A stretch of 64,000 bases of DNA, from NCBI GenBank assembly GCA_019058365.1, contig JAHPZE010000002.1, positions 128,001-192,000 on the forward strand, in the 5' to 3' direction. Source of the DNA: Promethearchaeota archaeon. Its GTDB lineage: Archaea; Asgardarchaeota; Lokiarchaeia; Sigyniarchaeales; SOKP01. Position 1 is the first letter of the stretch. The number at the start of each line of letters is the position of its first letter. Positions 39,978 to 50,603 of this stretch are shown here, in pieces. Under the pieces are notes generated by a model. It was not told the origin of the DNA. It was given only the letters and a program-made list of their open reading frames with translations, and made no database searches. A program made the translations under genes and the position numbers.

Positions 39978-40116
39978 TTGTTCATTCTAATATGAATATT
40001 TACTTTCACACTTAAAAGAATTTTTCATTTAAATTATAAAAAAAATCAGTTTAGAATTACTATAAGATAAATTCTAATGGAATTGTATTAATAGTTAAAA
40101 ATATAAATTTTATTGA

Positions 40117-41277
40117 TCAACTTTCAGGTTTGTCTATTACTTTTTTAAAAATGTAATAAAGTGTTATTCCAATTAGAAATCCAATAGCTATATTAATAAA
40201 GTATGAAAATATTGCGGAGATCAATATTATGGGAAATGTTTTAATATTAAAATCTTTAAAAGCTATTTTTCCTAGTAAAAAGGCAGTATAAATTAGCATG
40301 GCTCCTAGAATTGCCATGGGAAACTTAGTAAAAAGAAGAAATAGAATATCAGAAAAAAATAATCCAAGAAGTAATTCCATTATCCCCTCTAATATCATAG
40401 ACCCTCCAGTTCTAGCACCAAAAGCATATTGAGCCATTAATCCTCCTGAACCATGACATAAAGGCATCCCTACTAAAAAAGGATTAATTAAATTCATTGC
40501 TCCCATATTATAAGCTAATGTATTAGCATCAATCCCTTTTTTCTCTGGAAATAGCTCTTTAATTAATACAACAGTAGCAATCATAACATTTGTTAACGTC
40601 AAAAATAATTGGGCAATTCCAGCATAAACCATTCCATACAAAAAATTATCCCAAGTAGGTATTCCAAAAGAAAAGCTTGGAATACTAAATTTCAACTCTG
40701 TGATGTTAATAATACCAGTAAAAAACATTAGTAAAATTCCCCCAAATGTAAGAATAATTGCGGATGGTATTGGTTTATTCTTTATAAGTAACAAAATAAT
40801 TGAAATTGAAATGAAACCTAAAATAATATTCTCACTAAATAATAAAATTCCTGTCCAACCTAGAATAAAAGCTAAACCAAGTTGGATACCTCTTACAGCT
40901 ATAATAGGGACTTTACTCACAATATAATTTAGTTTTTTTGAAAATCCAAGAAGAAACCAAATCACTCCGGTACCAAATCCAGTAGAAATAACTAAGTCTG
41001 CATTCCAATGTCTTGAAATAGCTACGGTACCAATAGTTTTTTGAGGTTGAACTGGAAGTGGGAGGTTAAATTTCACTCCTAATATAATATTCGTAATTCC
41101 CAAAGTAATGAAGATTCCTGCTGGACTTAATCCTACAATTGAGATATATCCAATTATAAATGGAACTAATGTACCCCAATCTCCAAAAGCTCCTCCAAAT
41201 TCTCTTAAAGTGAACTTTTTATATTTTTTTTCAACTTCTTTTTCATCGAGACTTCTTTTTGGTTCCATACTAGTCAA
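40117..41277 (-). CDS. Putative sulfate/molybdate transporter (MOT1 family)
   Basis: E..GAFGD.GT..P, PLPVQP.K, RGIQLGL, MP.CHGSGGL.AQY.FGARTG. Confidence 0.88.
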   Translation of the reverse strand: MTSMEPKRSLDEKEVEKKYKKFTLREFGGAFGDWGTLVPFIIGYISIVGLSPAGIFITLGITNIILGVKFNLPLPVQPQKTIGTVAISRHWNADLVISTGFGTGVIWFLLGFSKKLNYIVSKVPIIAVRGIQLGLAFILGWTGILLFSENIILGFISISIILLLIKNKPIPSAIILTFGGILLMFFTGIINITELKFSIPSFSFGIPTWDNFLYGMVYAGIAQLFLTLTNVMIATVVLIKELFPEKKGIDANTLAYNMGAMNLINPFLVGMPLCHGSGGLMAQYAFGARTGGSMILEGIMELLLGLFFSDILFLLFTKFPMAILGAMLIYTAFLLGKIAFKDFNIKTFPIILISAIFSYFINIAIGFLIGITLYYIFKKVIDKPES

Positions 41278-41350
41278 CTATTAAAAAAGTCCCAAATTTA
41301 ATAAATTTCTTAAAAGTTTTTTAACAAAGAACATGACACATCGATGTAAC

Positions 41351-42349
41351 CTAAATCAATAACTCACACATATTTTTAAGTTTGAACTCTATTTTCTTCT
41401 TTCTACCAAAGACTTTTATAATCCAATAGGCATCCGGACAATAAGTTATAATATAATTTAGAACATCTGGTAAAAATTTAGATAGATTACTTAATCCCTT
41501 AAAATCTTCCATTCTTTTAAGAGCTATTGCTTCAGATATATCAGTACGTAACTGATGACCAACACCGCCACCACAACAATCTTGTGGAATAGAATCTATT
41601 AAGGTATATCCACTATTTCTGTAAATTTTTTCAATATGATCGACTATAAAAGGAATCTCTCCATTTTTTAATGGGCAAGCATGTTGTATTAGTAAATTTC
41701 CTGATTTTTTAGATTTTGATGGTTCTAAATATTCTGTAAAGTATCTAATTTTTATCCCATACTGACTGTAATGTTTATTAAAAACCATAAAACAGCTAGG
41801 ACAAACGGTAATGACGGTATCTATCCCCTTGGCTTTAAATTTTTCTAAATTATTTTCAACCAAATAGTTATAAGATTCTAATGCTCCCGTACATAATATA
41901 GGATATCCACAGCAGTCTTCCTTTTCAAGAATACAAAAATCAATTTTCTTAGAAAGAAGGTATTTCATAATACTACTCCCATATTCTGGAGTTTTAACAG
42001 TAGTAAAACAACCAAAGTATAATAAAGTGTTACTTTCTTTAGACACTGCGTTAGGAATTTTAATTCGATTCTTATTTCTAATAAATGGCGTTTTATATCT
42101 TTCTATATTGCCGATATTTACATCTAATCCATCGATTGAATTCCCATCTGTTAAGAATTTATGCTTCAAAATAAAACGCTCTTCAGATGTACCACAATCA
42201 TTACAATGAATACAATTGTACAGTCGAAAGTAGTCTTGTTGTTGAAATTTATAATTATCTCTATTTTCTATTAGATGTCTTACTTCTTCATTAGTAATGA
42301 AGTTATCTGGATCAACTTCTTGACAGGGACATTTATAATCTTCTTTCAT
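41351..42349 (-). CDS. CCG-domain Fe-S protein (HdrB/HdrD/GlpC-like)
   Basis: YFGC, DCCG, CPSC, QHAC, CCGGG, YCP; ATG at 42349. Confidence 0.85.
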   Translation of the reverse strand: MKEDYKCPCQEVDPDNFITNEEVRHLIENRDNYKFQQQDYFRLYNCIHCNDCGTSEERFILKHKFLTDGNSIDGLDVNIGNIERYKTPFIRNKNRIKIPNAVSKESNTLLYFGCFTTVKTPEYGSSIMKYLLSKKIDFCILEKEDCCGYPILCTGALESYNYLVENNLEKFKAKGIDTVITVCPSCFMVFNKHYSQYGIKIRYFTEYLEPSKSKKSGNLLIQHACPLKNGEIPFIVDHIEKIYRNSGYTLIDSIPQDCCGGGVGHQLRTDISEAIALKRMEDFKGLSNLSKFLPDVLNYIITYCPDAYWIIKVFGRKKKIEFKLKNMCELLI

Positions 42350-42359
42350 TTGTGGGATT

Positions 42360-43349
42360 TTATAACAATAATTCGAATAAATCAATAGCAGATGGATGAA
42401 TTTTACACTGTTTGCTAAATCGTCGTAGAATCCACCAGCATGAAGGACAATAAGTTGTTATATAATCAAGATCATCTCGATCAAAATCAGACATTCTCTT
42501 ACGAGCAATACCCTCTATTATATCAGTACGTCCCATCCAACCAGATCCACCACCACAACACCAATGAGGGATATCTACCACTTTATATCCACTTTTTTTA
42601 AGAGTATTATTAACATGCTTATCTATCCCCGCTTCACCCCTATTCATTAATTGACATAGGTGCTGTATCCCAACTCTGCTCGTTTTATGTACAATCGAAG
42701 GTTTTAAGTAATCAGAAATATATCTTACTTCAGCATTTAAACCTTCCATTTCATTTTTAAAAAGATGATAACAAGCGGGACACAAGCAAATTATTTCCTT
42801 AAATTTTTTTGCATTAAAAAGCTCTCTATTCTCTTTTATACATGTTTCAAACTCATTTATTAATCCGCTGATTTTTAAATGCCATCCACAACAAATTTCA
42901 GTTTCCAAAATAGTGAAATCAATCTCTTGTTGCATAAGATATTGAAGAGCATGTTCAGTATAATGGGGAATTCTTATCGTAGAGAGACAACCCATAAAAA
43001 AAAGAGTATCAGATTTATTTGGAATTCCTTTTGGGGGGTTTATTCGCATTTTATTTGTAGGATATGGTGATCTATAGTTCTCAAAACATTCAATCATCTC
43101 ATTTATCCCTTTAAATGTATTTCCTTCTTCAATATATTTTTGTTTTAATAAAATACGTTCATTTTCTGTCCCGCATTCTCCACAATGAACACAATTATAG
43201 AGTTTATCATAATCATCTGCTTTAAATTGAATTCTATCCTTCTTCCTAATGAAATCTCTTACTGTTTCATCACTAAGAAAATTTTCCGGATCAACTTCAT
43301 CAGTAGGATAATTTTTTCTTCCTTTTATTCGTTCTTTCATAAATTTCAC
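42360..43349 (-). CDS. CCG-domain Fe-S protein, tandem paralog
   Basis: FMGC, ICCG, CPAC, QHLC, CCGGG, YCPSC. Confidence 0.85.
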   Translation of the reverse strand: MKFMKERIKGRKNYPTDEVDPENFLSDETVRDFIRKKDRIQFKADDYDKLYNCVHCGECGTENERILLKQKYIEEGNTFKGINEMIECFENYRSPYPTNKMRINPPKGIPNKSDTLFFMGCLSTIRIPHYTEHALQYLMQQEIDFTILETEICCGWHLKISGLINEFETCIKENRELFNAKKFKEIICLCPACYHLFKNEMEGLNAEVRYISDYLKPSIVHKTSRVGIQHLCQLMNRGEAGIDKHVNNTLKKSGYKVVDIPHWCCGGGSGWMGRTDIIEGIARKRMSDFDRDDLDYITTYCPSCWWILRRFSKQCKIHPSAIDLFELLL

Positions 43350-43509
43350 ACGTAATTAACAAAGCTTAATTCTTTATAAAGACTTCATTAATATTCAATA
43401 AAGCAGTTATCCTATTATAATCAATTTATCAACATTTTTATTATAAAATTGAATATCGATCAAATACAAACAAGTTTAAAAATAAATAAAAAAGAAAATT
43501 CTTTAAGAT

Positions 43510-43668
43510 TTACTTATTTTTTTTGATTTTAACATTAGTTCTCTGTATGCCCACTTCTTTATTACTTGGCATAGGCGTTCCACAATGATCTCTTAACCTT
43601 TCACTATCTTTGAATGCTTTATCAAGTTCTTCCTCTAACTCATCATCAGATTTTTCTTTATCTGTCAT
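43510..43668 (-). CDS. Small 52-aa protein with a single Cys
   Basis: Manual ORF MTDKEKSDDELEEELDKAFKDSERLRDHCGTPMPSNKEVGIQRTNVKIKKNK, co-oriented with its neighbours. Confidence 0.5.
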   Translation of the reverse strand: MTDKEKSDDELEEELDKAFKDSERLRDHCGTPMPSNKEVGIQRTNVKIKKNK

Positions 43669-43776
43669 AATTTAAATAGAGAAGTCCTCTTATTTAAGGG
43701 TTTTATTTATAAATAAAAAATCAACTAAAACTCTTCTAAAACATAAAAGCAGAAAAAAAGAGGTGTAAAATGAGAT

Positions 43777-44142
43777 TTATTTTTTAAAATAATTTAATAC
43801 TGCTTTTTCCTTCTCTACAGGTCTTCTTTCAGGAACAAGAATATAAATTTTCCCAACAGTCTCATAGAAATCTGGACGTAAATATAAATTGCAGTAACAT
43901 GCACCATATTCTTTTATATCTAATGGAGCATAGTCACAAGGACATATTAAATCCCTATCCAAATCTCGATTCCCGGAAGCTAGACGACATGGACATGATT
44001 GATATCCATTTTTTTTTTTATTCTCTACTAAACCTTCAATTAAATTATTGAGAGTTTCTTGATCTTTATTTAATATCCACTTATTTGTTTTACAGACTTT
44101 ATTGCAGTATTCCATCATTCCTTCTTTAGTTTTCATATCCAT
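43777..44142 (-). CDS. Ferredoxin:thioredoxin reductase catalytic subunit
   Basis: CPC...CPC...CYC signature. Confidence 0.93.
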   Translation of the reverse strand: MDMKTKEGMMEYCNKVCKTNKWILNKDQETLNNLIEGLVENKKKNGYQSCPCRLASGNRDLDRDLICPCDYAPLDIKEYGACYCNLYLRPDFYETVGKIYILVPERRPVEKEKAVLNYFKK

Positions 44143-44143
44143 C

Positions 44144-44455
44144 TTAATTACCTCCAGATTTCATAAATTCTTCATATTTGTCTGGATTATACCCCACTAC
44201 AACTTCACCGTCACAAATCATAAAAGGATATGAAATCCTAGATTGGTAGTTTTCTCTTAAATAATCCATTATTTTTGACTTTTCTTCAAAATTAATCTGA
44301 TCAACATCAACATATTTATATTGCACATCACGATCATTCAACCACGCTTTGCATTTTTTACACCACATACACGTAGATAATGTTAGAATTGTAATATCTC
44401 TATTTTTATTAGAACCTTCAACTGTTTTTGCAAGTTTTTCTATAATTTCCGACAT
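44144..44455 (-). CDS. Glutaredoxin/NrdH-like protein
   Basis: LSTCMWCKKC, SYP, VVGY; 1 nt from the FTR gene. Confidence 0.88.
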   Translation of the reverse strand: MSEIIEKLAKTVEGSNKNRDITILTLSTCMWCKKCKAWLNDRDVQYKYVDVDQINFEEKSKIMDYLRENYQSRISYPFMICDGEVVVGYNPDKYEEFMKSGGN

Positions 44456-44495
44456 AATTTTATTTCTTCCTCGTTATTATAAAAATCTTTTTAAT

Positions 44496-44945
44496 TTATA
44501 CTGATCTAATATTTAGTTTCCATTCTGGATCTATACACTCAAAAGCTTCTTCTGTTAATTTTCTAATATCGCTATGACAAGAATCTAATAATATGCCTAA
44601 ATGCTCGAGTGCTCTTTTATCGCCAATCTTCATAAGACTTTCTATAATTACAAATAATCTTGTTTTATCCTGATCTTCTTCATGTTTTTCTACTTCTTGT
44701 TTTAAAACCTCTGTAATTAGCATTGTAGCCTTGGAGTCTCCAATTTCCCCCATAGCTTCAATAATTCGATTAATGACTACATCATCTTTTTCAGATTTTA
44801 AAGCTCTAGCCAACATATTGATTGCTCTACCTTCTTTTAATTGACCTAAGTTTTGCGCAGCAATCGCCCGCTCTTTAAAACTGGAACTACTAAATAGAGT
44901 TTTAATGTATTCATTAAAAGCTTCATTTCGAGTTTTTTGATCCAT
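44496..44945 (-). CDS. HEAT-repeat (PBS lyase-like) protein
   Basis: R..AA..LG.....A...L...L repeats. Confidence 0.8.
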   Translation of the reverse strand: MDQKTRNEAFNEYIKTLFSSSSFKERAIAAQNLGQLKEGRAINMLARALKSEKDDVVINRIIEAMGEIGDSKATMLITEVLKQEVEKHEEDQDKTRLFVIIESLMKIGDKRALEHLGILLDSCHSDIRKLTEEAFECIDPEWKLNIRSV

Positions 44946-45182
44946 CTTAAGTTTAGAATAAGAATAAGAAATAAGAATCTAATCATAATAAATTATTAAG
45001 AAATACTGAAAATGATATGAAAAATAAAGCGAAAATCTATGTTTTATTTGTTTTTTTAATAGTTGTAGATAATAATTTTTACATATGATTGATAAGAATT
45101 TCTGTAAAGATTTATTCAATTCTCATAAAAATTATATTATAGAAGATAAAACTTTTTTACCACTTATGTTTATTTGTATAAT

Positions 45183-45476
45183 ATGGAAGCAAAAACTCCA
45201 ATAGTGATAACCAAGGAAGGCTGCCACAAATGTGAAGAGTTAAAGGAATGGCTAAAGGAAAATGACGTTAGATATATTGAACGAGATATAAATGATGAGG
45301 AATTTGTACATGAACTACTACATGATGATAATTTTTTAACGACATTTTGTGATGCTGATGGATGTATAGTAAACACCCCCGTAGTTATACATAAAGGAAA
45401 GTATTGGTTTAAAGAGCTCTGGGGTATTTCTGGACTAAGAGAAAAAGAAGCAAAGAAGCTATTCGGAATTAGATAA
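45183..45476 (+). CDS. Glutaredoxin-like protein
   Basis: TKEGCHKCEELK.WL, TPV; extra CDADGC. Confidence 0.8.
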   Translation: MEAKTPIVITKEGCHKCEELKEWLKENDVRYIERDINDEEFVHELLHDDNFLTTFCDADGCIVNTPVVIHKGKYWFKELWGISGLREKEAKKLFGIR

Positions 45477-45572
45477 TTTTTTTTAATTTTTGAATTAATT
45501 TTTGATCAATTAAATTCAGTTAGTTTTTTTATCAGTCTTCTAATATTAGCAGTATGAAAATGATGATTTCAA

Positions 45573-45965
45573 CTAAAAATTGGAGCAAATTTCGATAAAA
45601 TTTTCCTCAAAGTACTGATTTTTTCTTTTTCTTAATTTCATGGGGTTGATCCTCATCTCGAAAGACCATTTTTTCATTAATTCTACAGGTTTTAACCATT
45701 GTAGGCCAGTACCAAACATTAACTTAATTTCAAAAGCAACGAATGTGATATTTTCATAGGGGTGATAACCAAGGATTAATTTATAAGTTTCTCCAAATGA
45801 TGCTAATGTCATTCCATGACGAACAATAAGTTTGCGATATAACTCATTTTCTGAAATATATTGATCAAGTATTTTTCCTCGATTAAGTTGCCAAAAATGT
45901 AATGTCCCATTCCATACCTCATCTATATTCGAATTTATTACATAATGACAAAACTTATGCCCCAT
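45573..45965 (-). CDS. Hypothetical protein
   Basis: ORF with a GGAG site upstream; no family recognised. Confidence 0.5.
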   Translation of the reverse strand: MGHKFCHYVINSNIDEVWNGTLHFWQLNRGKILDQYISENELYRKLIVRHGMTLASFGETYKLILGYHPYENITFVAFEIKLMFGTGLQWLKPVELMKKWSFEMRINPMKLRKRKNQYFEENFIEICSNF

Positions 45966-46069
45966 CAGAGCTCCTTTTATTTCATAGTATTATTTTTTTT
46001 ATTATACACTATCTATGATAAATTAGAATATTTATTTGTTTTGACTTAAATTTAATACTTCATACTCGC

Positions 46070-46666
46070 TTATAAAAATTCTACTAATCTTTTTATTACT
46101 TTTCGGATGGTTCTCAACCCTTCTTCATCATTTTCGACTCCTTCTTTTCCCATATCTCTACTCCATAAACTAGCACCTATATTCGCTCCAAAAGCGCCAC
46201 CAGATACGGATATAATATGATTTTGTTGGTAAAAATCTAAAATACTTCTTATAGCAATCTCTTGTCCTCCGCTTCTATCTCCCCCTACAGCTAATGCAGC
46301 TCCAATTTTATTTTTAAATACATTAGGATTCTTAGCAACAATAGCACGACATCGATCCATTACCGTTTTTAGTTGACCTGATAAATTACCTTGAAATACT
46401 GGAGTACCTAAGAGAAGAAATTTAGCTACTTCCAATTTAAAATAAAGATCTTCCATGTCATCCTTATTGACACAACCTTTTTTCTCTCGAATACAATAAT
46501 CGCAATGAATGCAGAAATTAATTTTTTTATTTCTAACACTCCAAAATTCTGTATCAAAACCAAATTTTTCAGCAGCATAGTTTAAGGCATACTCGACAGC
46601 ATATTCTGTTCCTTGCTTTCTTGGACTTCCACATATGCCTAAAAGTAGATTCTTCTTTTCAACCAT
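46070..46666 (-). CDS. Iron-sulfur flavoprotein (Isf / multimeric flavodoxin family)
   Basis: GSPRK..T, CIHCDYC.....C, GTPVF, GGDRSGGQE. Confidence 0.9.
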   Translation of the reverse strand: MVEKKNLLLGICGSPRKQGTEYAVEYALNYAAEKFGFDTEFWSVRNKKINFCIHCDYCIREKKGCVNKDDMEDLYFKLEVAKFLLLGTPVFQGNLSGQLKTVMDRCRAIVAKNPNVFKNKIGAALAVGGDRSGGQEIAIRSILDFYQQNHIISVSGGAFGANIGASLWSRDMGKEGVENDEEGLRTIRKVIKRLVEFL

Positions 46667-46752
46667 AATAATGCATTTAACTTGCTTTTATTAATAATTA
46701 ATCATTATTGTATAAAATAAAAGTTGTAAAATCAAAATCCTAATATTAAAAG

Positions 46753-47409
46753 ATGGATACAACTAGACTGAGTTTAGCAAGAATCAAGATTAAGTTTCCG
46801 GATCAGATATGGATTTCTGAAATTTTTAAGCACTATCCTGATATAAAAATGGAAATTGCTCATTTTCTCCCGTATGATCTTGAGGAATCTATCGGAAATA
46901 GTCTAGTTGAGATTTTACATTACAATATCAATTCTATTATAGAAGAAATTAGGAATCATCCTTCTGTTTTTGAGTTTAATATATTAGAGAAGGAAGAAAA
47001 CAAAATTAAATTTAATGTGAAAACAAAAGATCCTTATTTATTATATGCCATAATAAAATGCGGAGTTCTTATTGACTTTCCAGTAAGAGTTGAGGATGGA
47101 TTTGCTTATTGGAGGTTGATATCGAGTAGAGAACGAATAGATCAATTATTAACACTTTTTGAAGAAAAAAATATTAATTTTGAATTATTAAGAATTGGAT
47201 TATCTCCATACACTATTGAAGATGATAAAAATAAATTAACCTTTGATGAATCTAATATACTTGATAAGGCTATTTCTTCAGGATTCTTTGAAATTCCAAG
47301 GAAGATTTCTTTAGAAGAACTAGCTAACGAATTGGGCAAATCTAAATCAGCATTATCTGTAATGCTTAGAAAAATCATTAAAAAGAAAGTCTTATTCGAG
47401 AAACAATAA
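46753..47409 (+). CDS. Bat/HTH_10-type archaeal transcriptional regulator
   Basis: C-terminal LT..E..IL..A...GFFEIPRKISLEELANELGKSKSALS..LRK. Confidence 0.88.
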   Translation: MDTTRLSLARIKIKFPDQIWISEIFKHYPDIKMEIAHFLPYDLEESIGNSLVEILHYNINSIIEEIRNHPSVFEFNILEKEENKIKFNVKTKDPYLLYAIIKCGVLIDFPVRVEDGFAYWRLISSRERIDQLLTLFEEKNINFELLRIGLSPYTIEDDKNKLTFDESNILDKAISSGFFEIPRKISLEELANELGKSKSALSVMLRKIIKKKVLFEKQ

Positions 47410-47429
47410 GTAAAAAATATAAAGAAAAA

Positions 47430-48215
47430 TTATACCCATTCTTCTTTTAAAATATTTCCTTGTATGCCCACGATAACAAATTTTATTGGAACTTTTCTGT
47501 TTGCTCGCTTAGTTCCTTCTTGAGCTAAAGCTAATAAACCAGAACAACAAGGTACTTCCATAATAGCAACTGTAAGTGTGTTTATTTTTGCGTCATCAAT
47601 TAAAGATTTAATTTTTTCTATGTAAACTTCTTTACCTTGATCCAGTTTTGGACAAGCAATTGCTATAGATTTCTTTTTTAGGAAATCTCTATGAAAATCT
47701 CCATATGAGAATCCTACACAATCTGCAGAAAGAAGTACATCTGCTCCTTGGTAATATGGTGCTCGAGGATTGATTAAATGCATTTGAACAGGCCACTGTC
47801 TTAGTGCTGAAGGTATCTTTCCAGATACTAATGTTTGCGATTTTGGTTCCTCAAAAACCATTGTTTGAGCAGAAGGGCAACTACATTGATGGACATGCTC
47901 AGTAGCAATTTCTTTTATTTGTTCTATTTCAGTTTGTTCATTATGCTTCATAGATTCTAAATATTTTTCAACAGCTTCTTCATCGAACTCTAAAGCTTCT
48001 CTTTCAATTATTTCAAGTGCTCCCTCAGGACAACCAGAAATGCACGCACCAAGACCATCACAGAAAACTTCATTTATGACCCTTGCTTTTCCATCGATTA
48101 CTTTTAATGCTCCCTCTGCACAATCTACCACACAATTTCCGCATCCTGTACAAAGATCTTCATCAATCTTGATGATTTTTCTTTTTATCAAATTATTTTT
48201 TTCTGAAACTGTCAT
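47430..48215 (-). CDS. 4Fe-4S dicluster protein (family often found next to hcp/cooS)
   Basis: CTGCGNC...C, CDGLGAC...CP, LRQWPVQ, ADC, ACPKLD, MEVPCC. Confidence 0.88.
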   Translation of the reverse strand: MTVSEKNNLIKRKIIKIDEDLCTGCGNCVVDCAEGALKVIDGKARVINEVFCDGLGACISGCPEGALEIIEREALEFDEEAVEKYLESMKHNEQTEIEQIKEIATEHVHQCSCPSAQTMVFEEPKSQTLVSGKIPSALRQWPVQMHLINPRAPYYQGADVLLSADCVGFSYGDFHRDFLKKKSIAIACPKLDQGKEVYIEKIKSLIDDAKINTLTVAIMEVPCCSGLLALAQEGTKRANRKVPIKFVIVGIQGNILKEEWV

Positions 48216-48254
48216 AATTAAAAGATGTGGAGATCAGAATATGATTTTAATTTC

Positions 48255-48264
48255 GAACATGTTC
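48255..48264. promoter_or_regulatory. Palindrome GAACATGTTC, candidate operator
   Basis: Perfect 10-bp palindrome 40 nt upstream of the Fe-S gene; repeated at 50605. Confidence 0.5.
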
Positions 48265-48407
48265 TTTTTTTTCGATGAATTTATTATAGTTTATGATTAC
48301 ATACCAGCATCATGTATTACGACTTGCTAGTAGTTTTTAAATAAATACATCCTAATAACTTATAAAATTAATAATTTAAACCCAAAAAATTAATATAAAT
48401 AAATAAA

Positions 48408-48611
48408 ATGGAGGAAGTCAAAGTGACGGAAGAATTCAAAATCATTGAAGTAACGAATGTTATGAAAGCCGGTAGAACTGTTAAAGTAAAGACTTGGGAA
48501 GAATTCGTGGAAATTGCAAAAAATAATAAAGTTGATAAAGTATATAAATATGGAAAACTGCACTTTATGCTTTTATCGGACGGAATTTATCAAATTAAAA
48601 AGAAAAAATAA
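48408..48611 (+). CDS. Small hypothetical protein
   Basis: 67-aa ORF with protein-like composition filling an intergenic gap. Confidence 0.55.
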   Translation: MEEVKVTEEFKIIEVTNVMKAGRTVKVKTWEEFVEIAKNNKVDKVYKYGKLHFMLLSDGIYQIKKKK

Positions 48612-48623
48612 AATTTTTATTAA

Positions 48624-50528
48624 TTATATACCTAATTTTTTCCTATTCTTCTCAATATGAGTTAACATTGCATTGACGGCTTGAATTGGATCAGTCTCCA
48701 CATGTAATATTCCACCTGTTAACTCCTTACAATCTTCTGTTAAAAGTTTAACTAAATCGGCGCCTCCAGTGACTGTAGGTACTGGATTGACATATGTATA
48801 TAAACCAAATGCTAAACCAAATATTGCATCAATAGTGGCTTTTTGTTCCATGTATTCTGGAGCTGCGGCTACTACTGGTAATTCTGGGATTGGTATGCCA
48901 CCAAGAGCAGTAGAGATAGCTCCTATCAAATCTGCAACTCTACCAGTATCTGTACATGTTCCATAACTAAGAACAGGAGGAATCCCTAGTTTATCGCAAA
49001 CAGCTTTAAGTCCAGGTCCAGCCAGATTCTTTGCTTCTGGTACACATAATCCACCAACTTGTAAAGCACCATTACCGCACCCCATTGATAATACTAAAAC
49101 ATCTCTTTTAATTAATTCTTTAGCCACTTGAATTGTATGTACATCTTGACCATAATCTCTAAGTGTAGTACAAGATATTAATCCAGCAACCCCTCGAATA
49201 GTACCATTTTTAATTACGTCTAATAATGGATCGAGTGTCCCTCCAAGTGCAGCAAGAATACTTTCACTTGAAAATCCAACTACTGCTTCATTCATGTCTA
49301 AACCCATAATAGGTTCAACACTCGCTCTACGTTCCTTGAAATTATCAATTGCCATTTGAATTAATGTCGCAGCTTGCGCTTCAGCTTTTTCAGGTTTATA
49401 ATCCACTCGTTCAGTTATACCTTCAAAAACTACAACTTCTGAAACCGGAATTAACTTGAATTTATATTTTTCAGCATATATAGGGTCAATTGGCATACAA
49501 CAATTCATATCACAGATAAAGGCATCAATGCAGCCACTTGCCAAGATTGCTTCTTGCATAATCCAATTTCCTGTAAACCCATAAAAAACATCATCCATTT
49601 CCCATCTTTGTATCATTTCTTGTCCGGTCTCAATATTTGCTATAATTCTTATTCCTTTTGCACCAACTGCTTTCGCCTTTTCTTGCCATTCAGATTTTCG
49701 TGCAAGCTGGACCATTGCAAATCCTAGAAATGGTTCATGCCCATTTGGAAGGATATTTACGTAATCTGGGTCTAATACTCCTAGATTAACTCTCATTTTA
49801 TGTGGTCTGGGAATATTAAATAAAATATCTTGAGTAAATTCATTAACAATTTGGCTTTGGTAAGCCATGGCAATCCCAAGTCTCATTGCTTTTAGAGCTA
49901 AACTTGCATAATATCCATCTACATTTGTAAGGCAAGAGCTTGTTGAGAACATCATTTCACCATAAAGTCCCCCTGGAAAGATTCCTAATTTTTTCCATAC
50001 TTCTTGTCTTTCGGGAGGTGCTAATTTCTCAATAATTTTGCTTTGTTCATCATAAGGTATAATAAAGTCCTCCTTTACAAAATAATATAATCTAAGTGCA
50101 ATATCTTTTTCAGAACCGGATGTGTCTAAACCAAGACGCTCAGCAAAACTTTTTAATTTCTCGGGTTCAGAAATTTTAAATGGTGTTTTACCTTCTACCG
50201 TAGCCTTTAAGGTTTTCAAAGTTGTTTCAGTATGATAATGGTAGGTGGATGCACCCATTACATTCCTAAGAAGCATCATACGCATTGCCATACCGTCCGC
50301 AGTCATTCCGCATACGCCCCGTTTGTCTATTGATGAATCAGCTCTACAAGGCCCATTAGAACATAAGTCACAACGCGCACCTTTTAAGCAAAATGGACAT
50401 CGTTTATCAGGATCCCCTCCAAATCCCTGGGCTTCAAATCGATCCCAGATATTAGTCATCCCATCTTTTTTAATTCTTTCATAAACTTTTTGAACAGATT
50501 TATGGTAAGAGATTCTTTCATTTTCCAT
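48624..50528 (-). CDS. cooS: CODH-family catalytic subunit, atypical (CooS with Cys->Glu at a C-cluster ligand)
   Basis: CDLCSNGPC...GVCG B-cluster, NGHEP, IETGQE (canonical CCTGNE), DMNC, GCG, GTCTD, EQKA. Confidence 0.9.
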   Translation of the reverse strand: MENERISYHKSVQKVYERIKKDGMTNIWDRFEAQGFGGDPDKRCPFCLKGARCDLCSNGPCRADSSIDKRGVCGMTADGMAMRMMLLRNVMGASTYHYHTETTLKTLKATVEGKTPFKISEPEKLKSFAERLGLDTSGSEKDIALRLYYFVKEDFIIPYDEQSKIIEKLAPPERQEVWKKLGIFPGGLYGEMMFSTSSCLTNVDGYYASLALKAMRLGIAMAYQSQIVNEFTQDILFNIPRPHKMRVNLGVLDPDYVNILPNGHEPFLGFAMVQLARKSEWQEKAKAVGAKGIRIIANIETGQEMIQRWEMDDVFYGFTGNWIMQEAILASGCIDAFICDMNCCMPIDPIYAEKYKFKLIPVSEVVVFEGITERVDYKPEKAEAQAATLIQMAIDNFKERRASVEPIMGLDMNEAVVGFSSESILAALGGTLDPLLDVIKNGTIRGVAGLISCTTLRDYGQDVHTIQVAKELIKRDVLVLSMGCGNGALQVGGLCVPEAKNLAGPGLKAVCDKLGIPPVLSYGTCTDTGRVADLIGAISTALGGIPIPELPVVAAAPEYMEQKATIDAIFGLAFGLYTYVNPVPTVTGGADLVKLLTEDCKELTGGILHVETDPIQAVNAMLTHIEKNRKKLGI

Positions 50529-50603
50529 AAATAACCACTTTTATCCAAATTTTTTAAAACTATTGTATTTAAAAAATAAGTCATTAGGATTTAAGTTTAT
50601 AAT

